A DNA stretch of 40,983 nt from IMG/VR virus record IMGVR_UViG_3300025160_000011, positions 1 through 40,983 of that record, one strand, 5' to 3'. This DNA comes from a virus. Its lineage: Duplodnaviria; Caudoviricetes. The notes below the pieces were generated by a model. It searched no databases. It had not been told where the DNA came from and saw nothing but the letters and a program-made list of their open reading frames with translations. The position numbers and the translations under genes are program-made. How positions within the stretch are numbered: the stretch's first letter is position 1; the number at the start of each line of letters is the position of its first letter. Shown piece after piece: positions 24,142 to 34,336 of the stretch.

Positions 24142-25035
24142 CTAAGCAGGAATACCAAAGTCAATTGCATCGGTAAGATAGTTGACCCAGATATCCGTTG
24201 CATTACCAGTATAACCGCCAGCAGGATCAAATCCAGCATTGTCAACACTGAAGAAATTGAATAACACCATATTCCTCAGTCCAGTATTGCCAGTAGCTAG
24301 ATTAATCGTTTCAGTAGTCATAGCAGAGAAGCTATTATGCTCTATTCTACTATCAACCCATGCACCAATTATTCCATTAACATTAGGAAGAAATCGATTA
24401 TTCCTAACTGTCCATCGCTGAGGGATTCTAATACCTTGATTAGTAACTCTAATCGCAGCGCCTCCAGCACCCGTCATATCCTCGAATGAGCAGTCTTCAA
24501 TTAGGACATTTGATGCGCCGCCATAGTCCTCTAGTCCAATAAATCCCCCACCTAATCTACATCCTCTTAATGTTAAATGCGAACCATCAGGATAAGTTGC
24601 AGTTTCCTCACAGTGCATCTTGATGCAAGCATCATCAGTAGGACCATTGAAAAAGATATTCTCAAAAGTCCAACCCTGTTCTCTTACTTCAATTAATGGA
24701 GTAGTAGCAGCTGGAGAGGTAGGAGCGAGCCAAGTAGCACCGCCGCCAGTAGGAACTCCAGCATTAGTAGCCTGTCGTGGTCTATTAGCAGCGCCTAATA
24801 CTGTAACATCAAATACTCCTAATGGAGCAATTGCTTGTTCTCTAAGAACTCCTGATAGATAGATTAAATCTCGACTAGCAAGATTAGGAGCTAAATCAGT
24901 AAAAGTAGTAAATGATCCTCTAGGCCCACCACCTTGAGGAAATAAATACCATACTTTATTAATCTGGCCAAAACTCCGTAAAGTCGCTACTCGATTTTCC
25001 TGTTGGAGTTGCCTCCAGTAACCTAATTGAGTCAT
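24142..25035 (-). CDS. Right-handed beta-helix (pectin-lyase-fold) virion protein
   Basis: GWTFENIFF, LTLRGCRL, NVLIEDCSF, WTVRNNRF, SRIEHNSF coils. Confidence 0.75.
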   Translation of the reverse strand: MTQLGYWRQLQQENRVATLRSFGQINKVWYLFPQGGGPRGSFTTFTDLAPNLASRDLIYLSGVLREQAIAPLGVFDVTVLGAANRPRQATNAGVPTGGGATWLAPTSPAATTPLIEVREQGWTFENIFFNGPTDDACIKMHCEETATYPDGSHLTLRGCRLGGGFIGLEDYGGASNVLIEDCSFEDMTGAGGAAIRVTNQGIRIPQRWTVRNNRFLPNVNGIIGAWVDSRIEHNSFSAMTTETINLATGNTGLRNMVLFNFFSVDNAGFDPAGGYTGNATDIWVNYLTDAIDFGIPA

Positions 25036-25090
25036 CTTATTCTCCAGTCATTTATTGACCAGTTCTTTCTCATAGAAAAAGAACCAGAGA

Positions 25091-25774
25091 TTAGTAAATC
25101 GATCGCTGCTTATATGCTGCTCTAAATGGCCTTCGTCTAGTGGAAATAGATTGCCTTCCTTTCGTATTAATTCCTAATGATCTCTCTAATGAAAGAATAG
25201 CATAAGCATTCAATTCATCAGATCGCGTTTTATTCTCTCCAATAAAATTAGCTGCAAAAGCTGCCATTCTATTAGTAAGAAAACCCTGAACATTTAATAT
25301 TGGAATATCCGTCCCGATAGCTCCTATTGCAATTCTGCTTAGAATCGATTTAACATAGTCAATCTTAAGATCAATATCAGTATTAGCTTCTGGTAATCTA
25401 ATTTCTTGATCGATCCAGGAAAAGACTAGAAATTGACTTATAACTTCTCCATCAATATAATGAGGGAGGAAATCTTTCTTAATTAATGGACTCCAAGCAT
25501 CTTGGCCCTCTGGACTCTCCCATAATTGTCTAATATCTATTAAATCGCTCGGTAATGCTGGAGTCGTTGCAAATCCAATTACCGTAGTTCCAGTTAGGAC
25601 ATTAAGAGTCGAGCTTACTTCATTAGTTACCGGAACATTATTCAACTCGAATATTTCCTGCAATTCCTGAATCGCCATGTTATAGAATGGCAATAGAACT
25701 GTAGGAGTAAAGACAGACGCAGCAGTATCGTTTAATAATGCCGCTGCATCTGCCATCATTACAGTAGGAGTCAT
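25091..25774 (-). CDS. Head-tail adaptor (tubular protein A / gp4-like)
   Basis: N-terminal helices (AAALLND...LLPFYNMAIQEL), LPSDL motif, size and position. Confidence 0.7.
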   Translation of the reverse strand: MTPTVMMADAAALLNDTAASVFTPTVLLPFYNMAIQELQEIFELNNVPVTNEVSSTLNVLTGTTVIGFATTPALPSDLIDIRQLWESPEGQDAWSPLIKKDFLPHYIDGEVISQFLVFSWIDQEIRLPEANTDIDLKIDYVKSILSRIAIGAIGTDIPILNVQGFLTNRMAAFAANFIGENKTRSDELNAYAILSLERSLGINTKGRQSISTRRRPFRAAYKQRSIY

Positions 25775-25775
25775 A

Positions 25776-25922
25776 TTAGAATAACCGATCTAATCTCTGA
25801 AATGATCGCTTTGCATCTGATAATCTACTATAAGTTAGAGTAGATCTACAGAATGCGTTACCATGAGAATCAATTACTTCCCAGGCCCATCGCCCGCTTA
25901 TTTGATAGTAGTGAACTTTCAT
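25776..25922 (-). CDS. YegP/DUF1508-like microprotein, 48 aa (not in ORF track)
   Basis: MKVHYYQISGRWAWEVIDSHGNAFCRSTLTYSRLSDAKRSFQRLDRLF; fills the gap exactly. Confidence 0.65.
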   Translation of the reverse strand: MKVHYYQISGRWAWEVIDSHGNAFCRSTLTYSRLSDAKRSFQRLDRLF

Positions 25923-25925
25923 AAA

Positions 25926-26609
25926 TTACTTTGCAAAAGTTAGGTTAAGTAGCTTAGCCTTATCAGGATCAACAATAGCCTTGCACGATTGACAAATAGG
26001 ATAGCCTGGATCTCGTAAATTTCCACAAGCAACACACTTAACTAATGCAACAGATTGAAAATCCTTAATCCAAGGCTTCTCAACTAACCCTAATTCTTGT
26101 GCAGCATATCGCATATCATCAGAAATTGAAAAAGAATTACCATTCGTTCGAGCCCAGAGAGAATCAGCTAATCTAACTAATCTCTCATACCAATTTCTCT
26201 GAAGTCTATTAGCTAAATCTAACCTAACTTTATAATTCTTCTTAAGATCATCAAGAGTTATCTCTCCAGGAATAAAGAAAATTCCTGGAACTCTTTCACC
26301 TGGTGATGCCTCCAGAACAGTATTACAATAATCCTTAACAATAGATTCAGCTACTTGAATCGCTGAGACCGGAATTTCCAATACAGGCGACTTATCATCG
26401 AAATCCCTAAACCATGAAGATGGTCCAATAACTACTAATGAAGGCTTATCATAACTTCCAGCAGGAATCTTCCATCTTCCTGGGAATAAAGTATGCTTAA
26501 CTTCATTTAGTTCTTTATGATAAATTGAAACGATAGTAGATTTATCAAGAGGATTAACTGATCCTCGAATTATCTTACGAGCGAAAGTTGGAAAAGTTGC
26601 AGTAGCCAT
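25926..26609 (-). CDS. Hypothetical protein with C-terminal Zn ribbon
   Basis: CVACG...CQSC; GAGGT RBS. Confidence 0.75.
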   Translation of the reverse strand: MATATFPTFARKIIRGSVNPLDKSTIVSIYHKELNEVKHTLFPGRWKIPAGSYDKPSLVVIGPSSWFRDFDDKSPVLEIPVSAIQVAESIVKDYCNTVLEASPGERVPGIFFIPGEITLDDLKKNYKVRLDLANRLQRNWYERLVRLADSLWARTNGNSFSISDDMRYAAQELGLVEKPWIKDFQSVALVKCVACGNLRDPGYPICQSCKAIVDPDKAKLLNLTFAK

Positions 26610-26610
26610 T

Positions 26611-27216
26611 TCAATTTACCTCATTCTTGTGGTTGACTGGAAGAACCATTTTTTCATAGTTACTTGGCACTACAATGCCCCCATGATATGCCAGTCCATC
26701 AGTTATCTTACTTTCATTACCGAATAATTCTTCCTCAAGTTCCTTCAATTTTTCATTTCTAACCTCGAGTGCTATTTTAGGATCTACTAAATCTTCTCTT
26801 GGATCTACATACTTTCTTCCGACTGATTTAGCAGATGCAGAATAGACTGTATCAATAATAATTTTAATTGCATTCCAAGCTGGAATTAATGGATTATTAT
26901 TAGCATCTCTAAAAGTCCAAACAGGCTCATATGAAGTTTTTTCTGTTAAATCCGAATTTACTCCATCAGGAACCTCTAGTAATCTTTCAAGAACATAACA
27001 TGGAGGATTAATCCATTGTCTATACTTAGGAACTTCTCGAACTTCAGTAACTGATCGAATTAAAAATCCCTCAGAAGTTCTATCCTCAAAAGTCCCATGT
27101 CTTTTCTCTAATTCATCATGAGAGAATACAAGGCGCCAGTTAGGTCTATTGTCTAGATAGCGTCCAAATAGACTATCTAATCTAGCATTAATTGTTTCTA
27201 TTTTCTCGATTATCAT
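26611..27216 (-). CDS. Hypothetical protein (head module)
   Basis: 201-aa ORF in the late operon. Confidence 0.75.
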   Translation of the reverse strand: MIIEKIETINARLDSLFGRYLDNRPNWRLVFSHDELEKRHGTFEDRTSEGFLIRSVTEVREVPKYRQWINPPCYVLERLLEVPDGVNSDLTEKTSYEPVWTFRDANNNPLIPAWNAIKIIIDTVYSASAKSVGRKYVDPREDLVDPKIALEVRNEKLKELEEELFGNESKITDGLAYHGGIVVPSNYEKMVLPVNHKNEVN

Positions 27217-27227
27217 TGTCTTAAATT

Positions 27228-27261
27228 ATGCGTTTAATTAAGGATATGCGCATCCCATCCT
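27228..27261 (-). ncRNA. Candidate H-type RNA pseudoknot, copy 2
   Basis: Minus strand AGGATG-GG-ATGCG-CA-TATCCT-TAATTAAA-CGCAT; same architecture as 5723-5757. Confidence 0.6.
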
Positions 27262-27267
27262 GATCTA

Positions 27268-27606
27268 CTATGCTACCGTTTGAACATAGTATAAGTTAGT
27301 TCTAGGATCATAGTAGAGAGTTACTGGTCTATCAGCAACAGAAGTATAAGCTGCATGAATAGCCGCTACTGTTGCAGATGAAGTTCCTCCAGTATTGAAC
27401 GCAGTTGCATAAGCTGACGTGAAAATAAACGTCAACTCATGATATCCAGAAACAGGCTTAACAATAGTAGTAATGGAAACTGTTCCAGTTACTCTTGTCA
27501 GTTTGCTTACTGGAGTGATTTCAGCAGCAGAGGCTAAAGTAGTCGGTCCCTGCTGTTGATTGATACTCTGAACTGTCGAGAAATTCTGATGATTAAGGTC
27601 ACTCAT
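27268..27606 (-). CDS. Probable capsid decoration/cement protein
   Basis: Thr-rich 112 aa directly after the major capsid gene; AAGGAG RBS. Confidence 0.55.
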   Translation of the reverse strand: MSDLNHQNFSTVQSINQQQGPTTLASAAEITPVSKLTRVTGTVSITTIVKPVSGYHELTFIFTSAYATAFNTGGTSSATVAAIHAAYTSVADRPVTLYYDPRTNLYYVQTVA

Positions 27607-27623
27607 AATAATTCTCCTTTTCC

Positions 27624-28871
27624 TTAATAACCAGAGGGAACTTGCAAGTTATCGATATATGCAGTTCCAGCAGGTGCAGTTACAAACGTCTGCATTCCTA
27701 CAGTCATGTAGAAAATATCAGCCGCGGCAATTCCACCAGATGCACCACGAATAGGGAAGATATGCCTACCATCAGATCGATAAAATCCAATGGGAAGAAT
27801 CTCCGCCCTGCCCCAAAGAGAATCAGTAACAAAATCAATTCTTGTCTGATCCCAATTGTAGCTAGTCCTAACCATCGCTCCTGCCATCTGCATGTTATCA
27901 AAATACATATTCAGGCTTTCTTCTTTAGCCTGCTTCTGTATAATTGTAACAAGTTGGCCTAATTCTTCATAAGCCTGCTTTTGGCAAGGATGACACCAAG
28001 CATTAGGATTGAAGTTATTATCAATACCAATACGATTACCCATTAAGTTAATAGCTAATCGTGGAGATGGTAGTGATAATGCAGCACTGCCTCCATTAAC
28101 TCGATTTGATCGAATTTCTGGGGTAGTCGAACGTGCAAAGCCTAACCATGTTCCAGTAGAGGCATTACTGTGATGATATGGGATACCATAGAGAGCAGGA
28201 AGAGATGCTGGAGCGCTAATGCCATTAGTAACAAGGATATCAGTAGCCACTGCACCTGCAATCGCTGGAGTTACATCAACAGTTTTATTAGCAACATCTA
28301 ATTCAGTGATAGTTCCAGAACCCCTAAGAGTTGCTAATGTAATATCGAATACTTGAACTGTCTGGCCAAATCGCATTAAGCGAACACCAAATCCATCAGT
28401 CGTGCAAGTATAAGTATCAACTCCACCAGCGGTAGCTACTGAAGTAATAGTTCCAATAGCACCAGATCCAGCTTGCATTAACTGAGAATCGATCTGACGA
28501 CGAATCTCATCTAATGCAGTTGCAGTCATTCTCCTAACTGACTGTTCAACGGCCTTCCTAGAATTATCAGTAGACCATTCAGTAAGCTTAGTATATTCAA
28601 GTGCTTCCACCATGAATACACTATTCAATACTGCCTTATCCCAAGTAGGCCCACCACCTCGACCTAAATCACCACCATCAGGATTATAGTATCCGAAAGA
28701 ACCACCAGGCCGAAGTTCAATAGGAACCCTCATCTGACGGTTAGATATTACTTCAGCCGGTCGCTTCTTGATAGTAGCATAGAACTTATCATCGCGCTCA
28801 AATGCCATTGCGACCTTTGGCAAAACGCGCTCAAGTTCAAGTCCTGCTACTTGACTTTCAGTTACAGCCAT
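27624..28871 (-). CDS. Major capsid protein
   Basis: 415 aa after portal and scaffold; HK97-like spine helix (ALDEIRRQIDSQLMQAGSG) and C-terminal G.....NL; strong RBS. Confidence 0.82.
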   Translation of the reverse strand: MAVTESQVAGLELERVLPKVAMAFERDDKFYATIKKRPAEVISNRQMRVPIELRPGGSFGYYNPDGGDLGRGGGPTWDKAVLNSVFMVEALEYTKLTEWSTDNSRKAVEQSVRRMTATALDEIRRQIDSQLMQAGSGAIGTITSVATAGGVDTYTCTTDGFGVRLMRFGQTVQVFDITLATLRGSGTITELDVANKTVDVTPAIAGAVATDILVTNGISAPASLPALYGIPYHHSNASTGTWLGFARSTTPEIRSNRVNGGSAALSLPSPRLAINLMGNRIGIDNNFNPNAWCHPCQKQAYEELGQLVTIIQKQAKEESLNMYFDNMQMAGAMVRTSYNWDQTRIDFVTDSLWGRAEILPIGFYRSDGRHIFPIRGASGGIAAADIFYMTVGMQTFVTAPAGTAYIDNLQVPSGY

Positions 28872-28884
28872 ATTTCATCCCTCA

Positions 28885-30096
28885 TTAATCAGACATAATA
28901 AAATCTTTAGTAGTCATATTCTTAGGAATTTCTTTAACATTTCCTCTTGTATTTAATGAGGTTGAGGATGACCTATTTGCTGGAATTGGCCCTTTCCTAT
29001 CTTTAGAACCATTTTCAACTTTTCCGATTCCCTTTAATGCTTCATTCCTAGCATTTCGGATTATACTAGGAAGCAGTATTTTTGCCTTGCTCAAGTGGGC
29101 AGCTTTTATTCTATCCAGTGAGGAGCTGGAATATTTTGCCTCTTTAGCCGATTTCCATAGATTATTCATTATCTTCTTGAAAGAAGAATCCTTATTCAAC
29201 GCACTTTCAACTTGCTCAAGAGCATCTCGAATAGCATTCTTTTTCACATAAGAAGACATTGAATCTTTAGGATCAATATTAGCATCGATGGTAGATTTAA
29301 TAGTATTATTAACTCTAGTCTTTAGACTATCAGATGCAGTATTGAATTTTTCCTGTTCAAATTCTTCTCGTTCTTTCTTAATTCCTTCATCTTCCTTATC
29401 TTCACTTACTAATTTAGTAGGATTAGTAATCTCTTCTGAACCGAAAATGAATTCATTAATAATCTTAGCCGCAGCTTCTAAGTTCTCATTCTTATTTCGC
29501 TTACCTTCACTAGCAGCGCTTACTAGAGAATGCTTAAGAACATTACCGATAATATGAAGTCCAGTATTATTATCAATCTTAGAAATCGTTTGAAGCAGAT
29601 TATCAGCAATTTTCTTAAAAACTTTAGAATCATTCTTATTAACTGTAGATAATAGAGTCTCTAAATTACCAGAAAAAATATCCTTCTCAAAATTATCTAA
29701 AGTCTGTGCCTTTTCAACTGCTTCCTTTGCATCATCAATAGTAGGAAGAATCTCAGAATACTGCTGGGCTTTATAATAAGCCGATTCAAGAGCAGGAAAT
29801 TCCTTGAAAATTTTAGGATACTTAGCTAGAATTTCCTTCTTCCTAACAGGAACAATGATATCAGTATTAATTTCTTCTTCTTCAATTAACTCAAGTTCTT
29901 CTTTTTCTTCATCATCTTCTTCTTTAATTTCAATCTCATCTTCTTCCTTAGTTTTCTCCTCTTCTTTTTCAGTATCCTTAATAACTTCTTCATCCTTCTC
30001 TGAAGAAGTTTCATCCACTCCTTCACTTAATAAGTCTAAAATCTCAGCTGACTTATTCTCAACGCTAACACTACTGGACGATTTGTCTACTTCCAT
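28885..30096 (-). CDS. Capsid scaffolding protein
   Basis: Highly acidic N-terminus and helical body, between portal and capsid; ATG 30096 has an AGGAG RBS (track start 30120). Confidence 0.7.
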   Translation of the reverse strand: MEVDKSSSSVSVENKSAEILDLLSEGVDETSSEKDEEVIKDTEKEEEKTKEEDEIEIKEEDDEEKEELELIEEEEINTDIIVPVRKKEILAKYPKIFKEFPALESAYYKAQQYSEILPTIDDAKEAVEKAQTLDNFEKDIFSGNLETLLSTVNKNDSKVFKKIADNLLQTISKIDNNTGLHIIGNVLKHSLVSAASEGKRNKNENLEAAAKIINEFIFGSEEITNPTKLVSEDKEDEGIKKEREEFEQEKFNTASDSLKTRVNNTIKSTIDANIDPKDSMSSYVKKNAIRDALEQVESALNKDSSFKKIMNNLWKSAKEAKYSSSSLDRIKAAHLSKAKILLPSIIRNARNEALKGIGKVENGSKDRKGPIPANRSSSTSLNTRGNVKEIPKNMTTKDFIMSD

Positions 30097-32410
30097 CACT
30101 TTCTCCTGATTGTGCTGCAACTTGTTTAGTAGGCATCTTCAACTTCTTTTCTGATTTTTCACCAGAACTAGAATCTGAATTACCCTGTGATGACTTAGAA
30201 CCAGCAGCATTAGCTTGCATAGCCATCATTTGTTCTTGCTCTTGCATCATTCGTTGAGTAATAACAGCAATATGCTCCTTCATATGAAGTAATACATTAA
30301 GATAGCCTGGAGGATTCTCAGTCTTAGCTAATCTACCTGCATCAGAAATTAACCATGAACGACAAATACTAGCCTCGACTTCATGATTATCAACATCAGG
30401 ATCAATTTCTACTGAAGGAACTTGAATTTCAGTAGGCATTCCAGTCATAGGGTCTAATGAAGGCTGAGAAATTGGCTGAGATGCGAGTAATAGTTGAATC
30501 TCCTCATACTGCTTTTGTCTATCATCTTCTCCTGGCATTACAAATTCATCAAGACCGAATGCTTCTTTAACAATAGGTAAGTTTTCTGGAGCAGATAGCG
30601 CTTCCATTACTCCAGGTAAATTAAGAGTGAATAGTTCCTTAATAATATCCCTTTTCTGCGCCCAAGTAATTGGTAATTGTTCACTAGCCTCTAATGTAAC
30701 CTCTCCAATTTTACCTTGAAGTTCAGCTTTCCTAATATAAGTATTAAAGAAATTTCCACTTTTATCAGTCTCAACTACTCTCTCATCTTCAGCAACTTCA
30801 CTAATATAATTAGGAATTACCTTACCAAAAATATCCTTCCACCAGAAGGTAAACATTTTCCAAGTATTCTGCAATCTCTGAAGCGCTTGGGATCTACTCA
30901 TCGCATATTCAGAAGCAGTTTTAGATCCAGCAGAAGATTCTCCTCCGAAAAGTGATGGGAGCGCTCCTGAAGTGAGCTGACCTAAACCTTGAACCTGTTG
31001 TCCAAATGGCATTACTTCTTGACTTAATGTTGCAGTCTTAAGAGTAGTAAATGATTCTCCTATATTCTTATTAGCTGAAACGGGTTTAGTAGGATAAACC
31101 GAACCTGGAGTAGCCTCCTGTTGACGATAAGCATCAAAATCTAATACTTGAGGATCAGCAAAGGTTTGAGGAATTCCCTGCTCAATAGTCTGAAGAGTAA
31201 GAGATAGAAGATCATTAGTAATATCTTGAATGCTTACTAGAAGTAAACCGAGAGGATCAAATTGAATATAGTCACTTAATGGATTTACTAATAAAGTCCA
31301 ACAATCATCTAAGTCTTCTTCTTCACATTCAGCATAGACATCATTGATAAATACTACTTTAACTCCCTTGCTAAATCTTTTCTTTAAATCATCAGTTTCT
31401 CTTTCATCTTTCAATACATTAAAAGCTGATGGCCTAAACCACCAATTTCTAACTGTTACCATGTCTTGAGGAAATTCTCCATTATATTGAGTGGAGAGTC
31501 TTCCCCATCTTTCATATGAATCATATCCTCCAGAACTAGGCTGGACTGTTGGGCCTAATTTATCTCTTAAATGAGGATAGCGCTCGATAACATTAGAATA
31601 ATGAGTTTCATAGGAATAGCACAAGTAAGGCATATCCTCTTGCCTTCTTGCATAAGTTGGAGTCTTGACGAATAGTCCTCCATAAACTTCAATGAATTGC
31701 CGTGATTTAGGATTCTCTGTTACCCCTACTAGTGAACTTACGATAATTGAGGATTTTTCAATACTTGGATCTAGAATACTCCCACATTCGGGGCATTCTT
31801 TTTCCTCTATCATTCCAAGTTCGTTAACTGGATTATTCTCAATTACTTCATTCTCAATCTTATTATTACAAGTAGGACAATAATAACCGTTTACTTCTTC
31901 ATCTTTATATTCGGGAGATTCGTAAGTTCCAAATTTTTTATCTTCTTTAGTATAATTATAAGCAAAAACTAATCCTTCAGTGCAGTAAATATAAAGAGCT
32001 TGAAGCCAAAGAAGTGGAGCATTATTATGCTTAGAGACTAATTCATAAATCTTATTACCTGCCTTAGCGGTGCTAATATCAAGAGGATTATCAGCATCAT
32101 CAGGAATACATCTAACGGACGGAAGATTAATAGAAAGCGCTGCAATAATTGATTCTAGATAAGCTCTGAATACATTAACAGGCTTATCATAATAAGCAGC
32201 ATCGTTAGTATCAGACTGAGCTGCTGCATCATCCCAGACTCTCCAATCTCCTGAAGAAGTGTCCCACCAAACTCGCTGAAATCCATTCCAATATAATTTT
32301 AGCTTTTTATAAAGTCTAATCTGTCTTTCACGAACAGACTGATCTTCTCTATCGAATGAATCGATGATAGTCTTTAATTGCCGTTGAATTTCTTCCGGAA
32401 CTTCTTTCAA
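30071..32410 (-). CDS. Portal protein (P22-like) with Zn-ribbon insertion
   Basis: 779 aa after TerL; G......KTASEY....SQA motif, Gln/Met-rich C-terminal barrel; CPTC/CPECG insert; TTG start. Confidence 0.85.
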   Translation of the reverse strand: MKEVPEEIQRQLKTIIDSFDREDQSVRERQIRLYKKLKLYWNGFQRVWWDTSSGDWRVWDDAAAQSDTNDAAYYDKPVNVFRAYLESIIAALSINLPSVRCIPDDADNPLDISTAKAGNKIYELVSKHNNAPLLWLQALYIYCTEGLVFAYNYTKEDKKFGTYESPEYKDEEVNGYYCPTCNNKIENEVIENNPVNELGMIEEKECPECGSILDPSIEKSSIIVSSLVGVTENPKSRQFIEVYGGLFVKTPTYARRQEDMPYLCYSYETHYSNVIERYPHLRDKLGPTVQPSSGGYDSYERWGRLSTQYNGEFPQDMVTVRNWWFRPSAFNVLKDERETDDLKKRFSKGVKVVFINDVYAECEEEDLDDCWTLLVNPLSDYIQFDPLGLLLVSIQDITNDLLSLTLQTIEQGIPQTFADPQVLDFDAYRQQEATPGSVYPTKPVSANKNIGESFTTLKTATLSQEVMPFGQQVQGLGQLTSGALPSLFGGESSAGSKTASEYAMSRSQALQRLQNTWKMFTFWWKDIFGKVIPNYISEVAEDERVVETDKSGNFFNTYIRKAELQGKIGEVTLEASEQLPITWAQKRDIIKELFTLNLPGVMEALSAPENLPIVKEAFGLDEFVMPGEDDRQKQYEEIQLLLASQPISQPSLDPMTGMPTEIQVPSVEIDPDVDNHEVEASICRSWLISDAGRLAKTENPPGYLNVLLHMKEHIAVITQRMMQEQEQMMAMQANAAGSKSSQGNSDSSSGEKSEKKLKMPTKQVAAQSGESDGSRQIVQ

Positions 32411-32712
32411 TTTTCTTTAATCTCTAATTCTTCTTCTAGTTTATGAGTAAGTAATTCCTGTTCCTTAATAATCCTAGCATTCTCAATCGATTCGTTTTCC
32501 AGTAAAGACTTTCTCATTCTCCAAGGTAAAGTCTTAGGAATAATAGGAGCAATTACTCTAGGATTAGATTGAATAGTTTCAGGTTTGACAAAATCTATGA
32601 TTGTATTTAATAATCTTTCTCTTTCTTCATTAGCAAGCTTAAGCTGAATAGTTAAAGTCTCACATGACTTACAATCATTAAGACCAAAGTAATGATAAAT
32701 TAATCTAAACAT
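32407..32712 (-). CDS. Hypothetical coiled-coil protein
   Basis: 101 aa between TerL and portal; CKSC. Confidence 0.65.
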   Translation of the reverse strand: MFRLIYHYFGLNDCKSCETLTIQLKLANEERERLLNTIIDFVKPETIQSNPRVIAPIIPKTLPWRMRKSLLENESIENARIIKEQELLTHKLEEELEIKEN

Positions 32713-34336
32713 GCCTTCTCCTCAATGCACTTCTTCTAACTACTCCAAATGTTTTATTCTTCTCTTCTAACTTTTCCATTTGCATATAGAATGAAGTTTG
32801 ATCTTGAGTCTGATTAAGTTTCTGAACTGCCTCATTTATTTTTTGTAGATGAACAAGTTCAGTATTCATCCCATTCATATATTGATTAGCTGCTCTACAT
32901 AGATAATTAAGATTATCAATAGGATCATCCCCAACGAATTCTTTAATATCTTCAGGATTCTTCTCATCATGAACTACCACTGGAATAGTATCAATAACAA
33001 TCTGACAAGTATTAAAAAATTGAATTCTTGGTAAATTATCCTGTTTAGGCTCATCAAGAAATGAACTCTTATATCTAGCTAATCCTTCCATTCCATGAAG
33101 CCTGAAAATAAGATTAGCCTTATCTAAATCATAGAATTCTTCTCTCGATCTTAATAGAGTCTTCTGCTCCCATCGCATAAAATCATGAATTAATTGAAGT
33201 CCAGCAATTCGAGATCCTGGATTATTCTGAGAACTTGTTGGAATAATTCCTGAATATCTCTTAAATTGTTCTGCAATAGTCTCCAATCCTCTATCCTGCC
33301 AAGCAGAACCGCACATAATACAATGAATTATGGATTCATCCCTCGAAAGTTCTCTAATCTCTGAAGCCCAATAAGGAAGGTCTTTTCCCAACCAACCTCT
33401 TTCTCTGTAAACGTAGAGTCGATTATCAGGGGAAATAGCTGCCCACATGGCGTGACACATTGCTCGCTTTCCCCAATCGATACTAAGGATTCTAGGCCAC
33501 CATTCCGGAACTGTGAAAGGTTCAATAACATGAAGTGCATTTTCAGGTTCCCCAGGGAATCGAAAAGAACGGAATTCTGGAAACACTGATCCTTCAAAAG
33601 CGTGCCAGTCTCCATATTTTTTAGCTTTCTTTTCATTTTCAGGAAGCATTTCTAGCTTCATTAAATATTGAGGATCGTAAGACATTCCATAAGGATTATC
33701 TTGAGGAAGACAAGGAATATAAGTTCGTAAAAGACCCGTATGTTTATCCTTTAGAATCTTATAACCTTCTTCACAAGGCTTAACAAATCTATTATAAACA
33801 AAAGATTGACCTACTCCACCAGGATTAGTTCCACTTCTAGCAATCGCAATATTAAATCCCGAAGATGGCCTAACTCTAGAGCCTACCATATAAATATACA
33901 TTTGCTCTTCAAAGTGAGTTAATTCATCGAAGGCGCAATAATTATACTGGGCTGTGTCATACTGTCTTTTAACATCAGCCATATGTTGAATATGACCGAA
34001 GTCAAGATAAGTCCCATACTCTTCCCAATGCCAGCTATGCTTAGTCTGATTATACTTAGCTCCTGTAAGAGGATAGTATTCATGACTTAATCTAATTACT
34101 TCCCTTTCAAGGTCCGGGAAATTTCTTCTAAGAAGGATTCCTTTGAATCCCCTGAATTTATAGAATCCTCTAATAAGGGGATAAAGCGTGAGTAAGAATG
34201 ATTTCCCCCCATATGCCGCACCTCCATATAATGCTTCAAATACAGAATCTGGAATTGATAGAAAATCATTTTGTCGATCATGGGGTTTGATTTCTTTGAT
34301 AAAATCATTCCCAGGATCTCCCATCTGAATATTCAT
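32705..34336 (-). CDS. terL: Terminase large subunit
   Basis: PHDRQ, Walker A YGGAAYGGKS, Walker B AFDELTHF, GTNPGG, RNase H-like SIDWG ... DDPID. Confidence 0.95.
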   Translation of the reverse strand: MNIQMGDPGNDFIKEIKPHDRQNDFLSIPDSVFEALYGGAAYGGKSFLLTLYPLIRGFYKFRGFKGILLRRNFPDLEREVIRLSHEYYPLTGAKYNQTKHSWHWEEYGTYLDFGHIQHMADVKRQYDTAQYNYCAFDELTHFEEQMYIYMVGSRVRPSSGFNIAIARSGTNPGGVGQSFVYNRFVKPCEEGYKILKDKHTGLLRTYIPCLPQDNPYGMSYDPQYLMKLEMLPENEKKAKKYGDWHAFEGSVFPEFRSFRFPGEPENALHVIEPFTVPEWWPRILSIDWGKRAMCHAMWAAISPDNRLYVYRERGWLGKDLPYWASEIRELSRDESIIHCIMCGSAWQDRGLETIAEQFKRYSGIIPTSSQNNPGSRIAGLQLIHDFMRWEQKTLLRSREEFYDLDKANLIFRLHGMEGLARYKSSFLDEPKQDNLPRIQFFNTCQIVIDTIPVVVHDEKNPEDIKEFVGDDPIDNLNYLCRAANQYMNGMNTELVHLQKINEAVQKLNQTQDQTSFYMQMEKLEEKNKTFGVVRRSALRRRHV

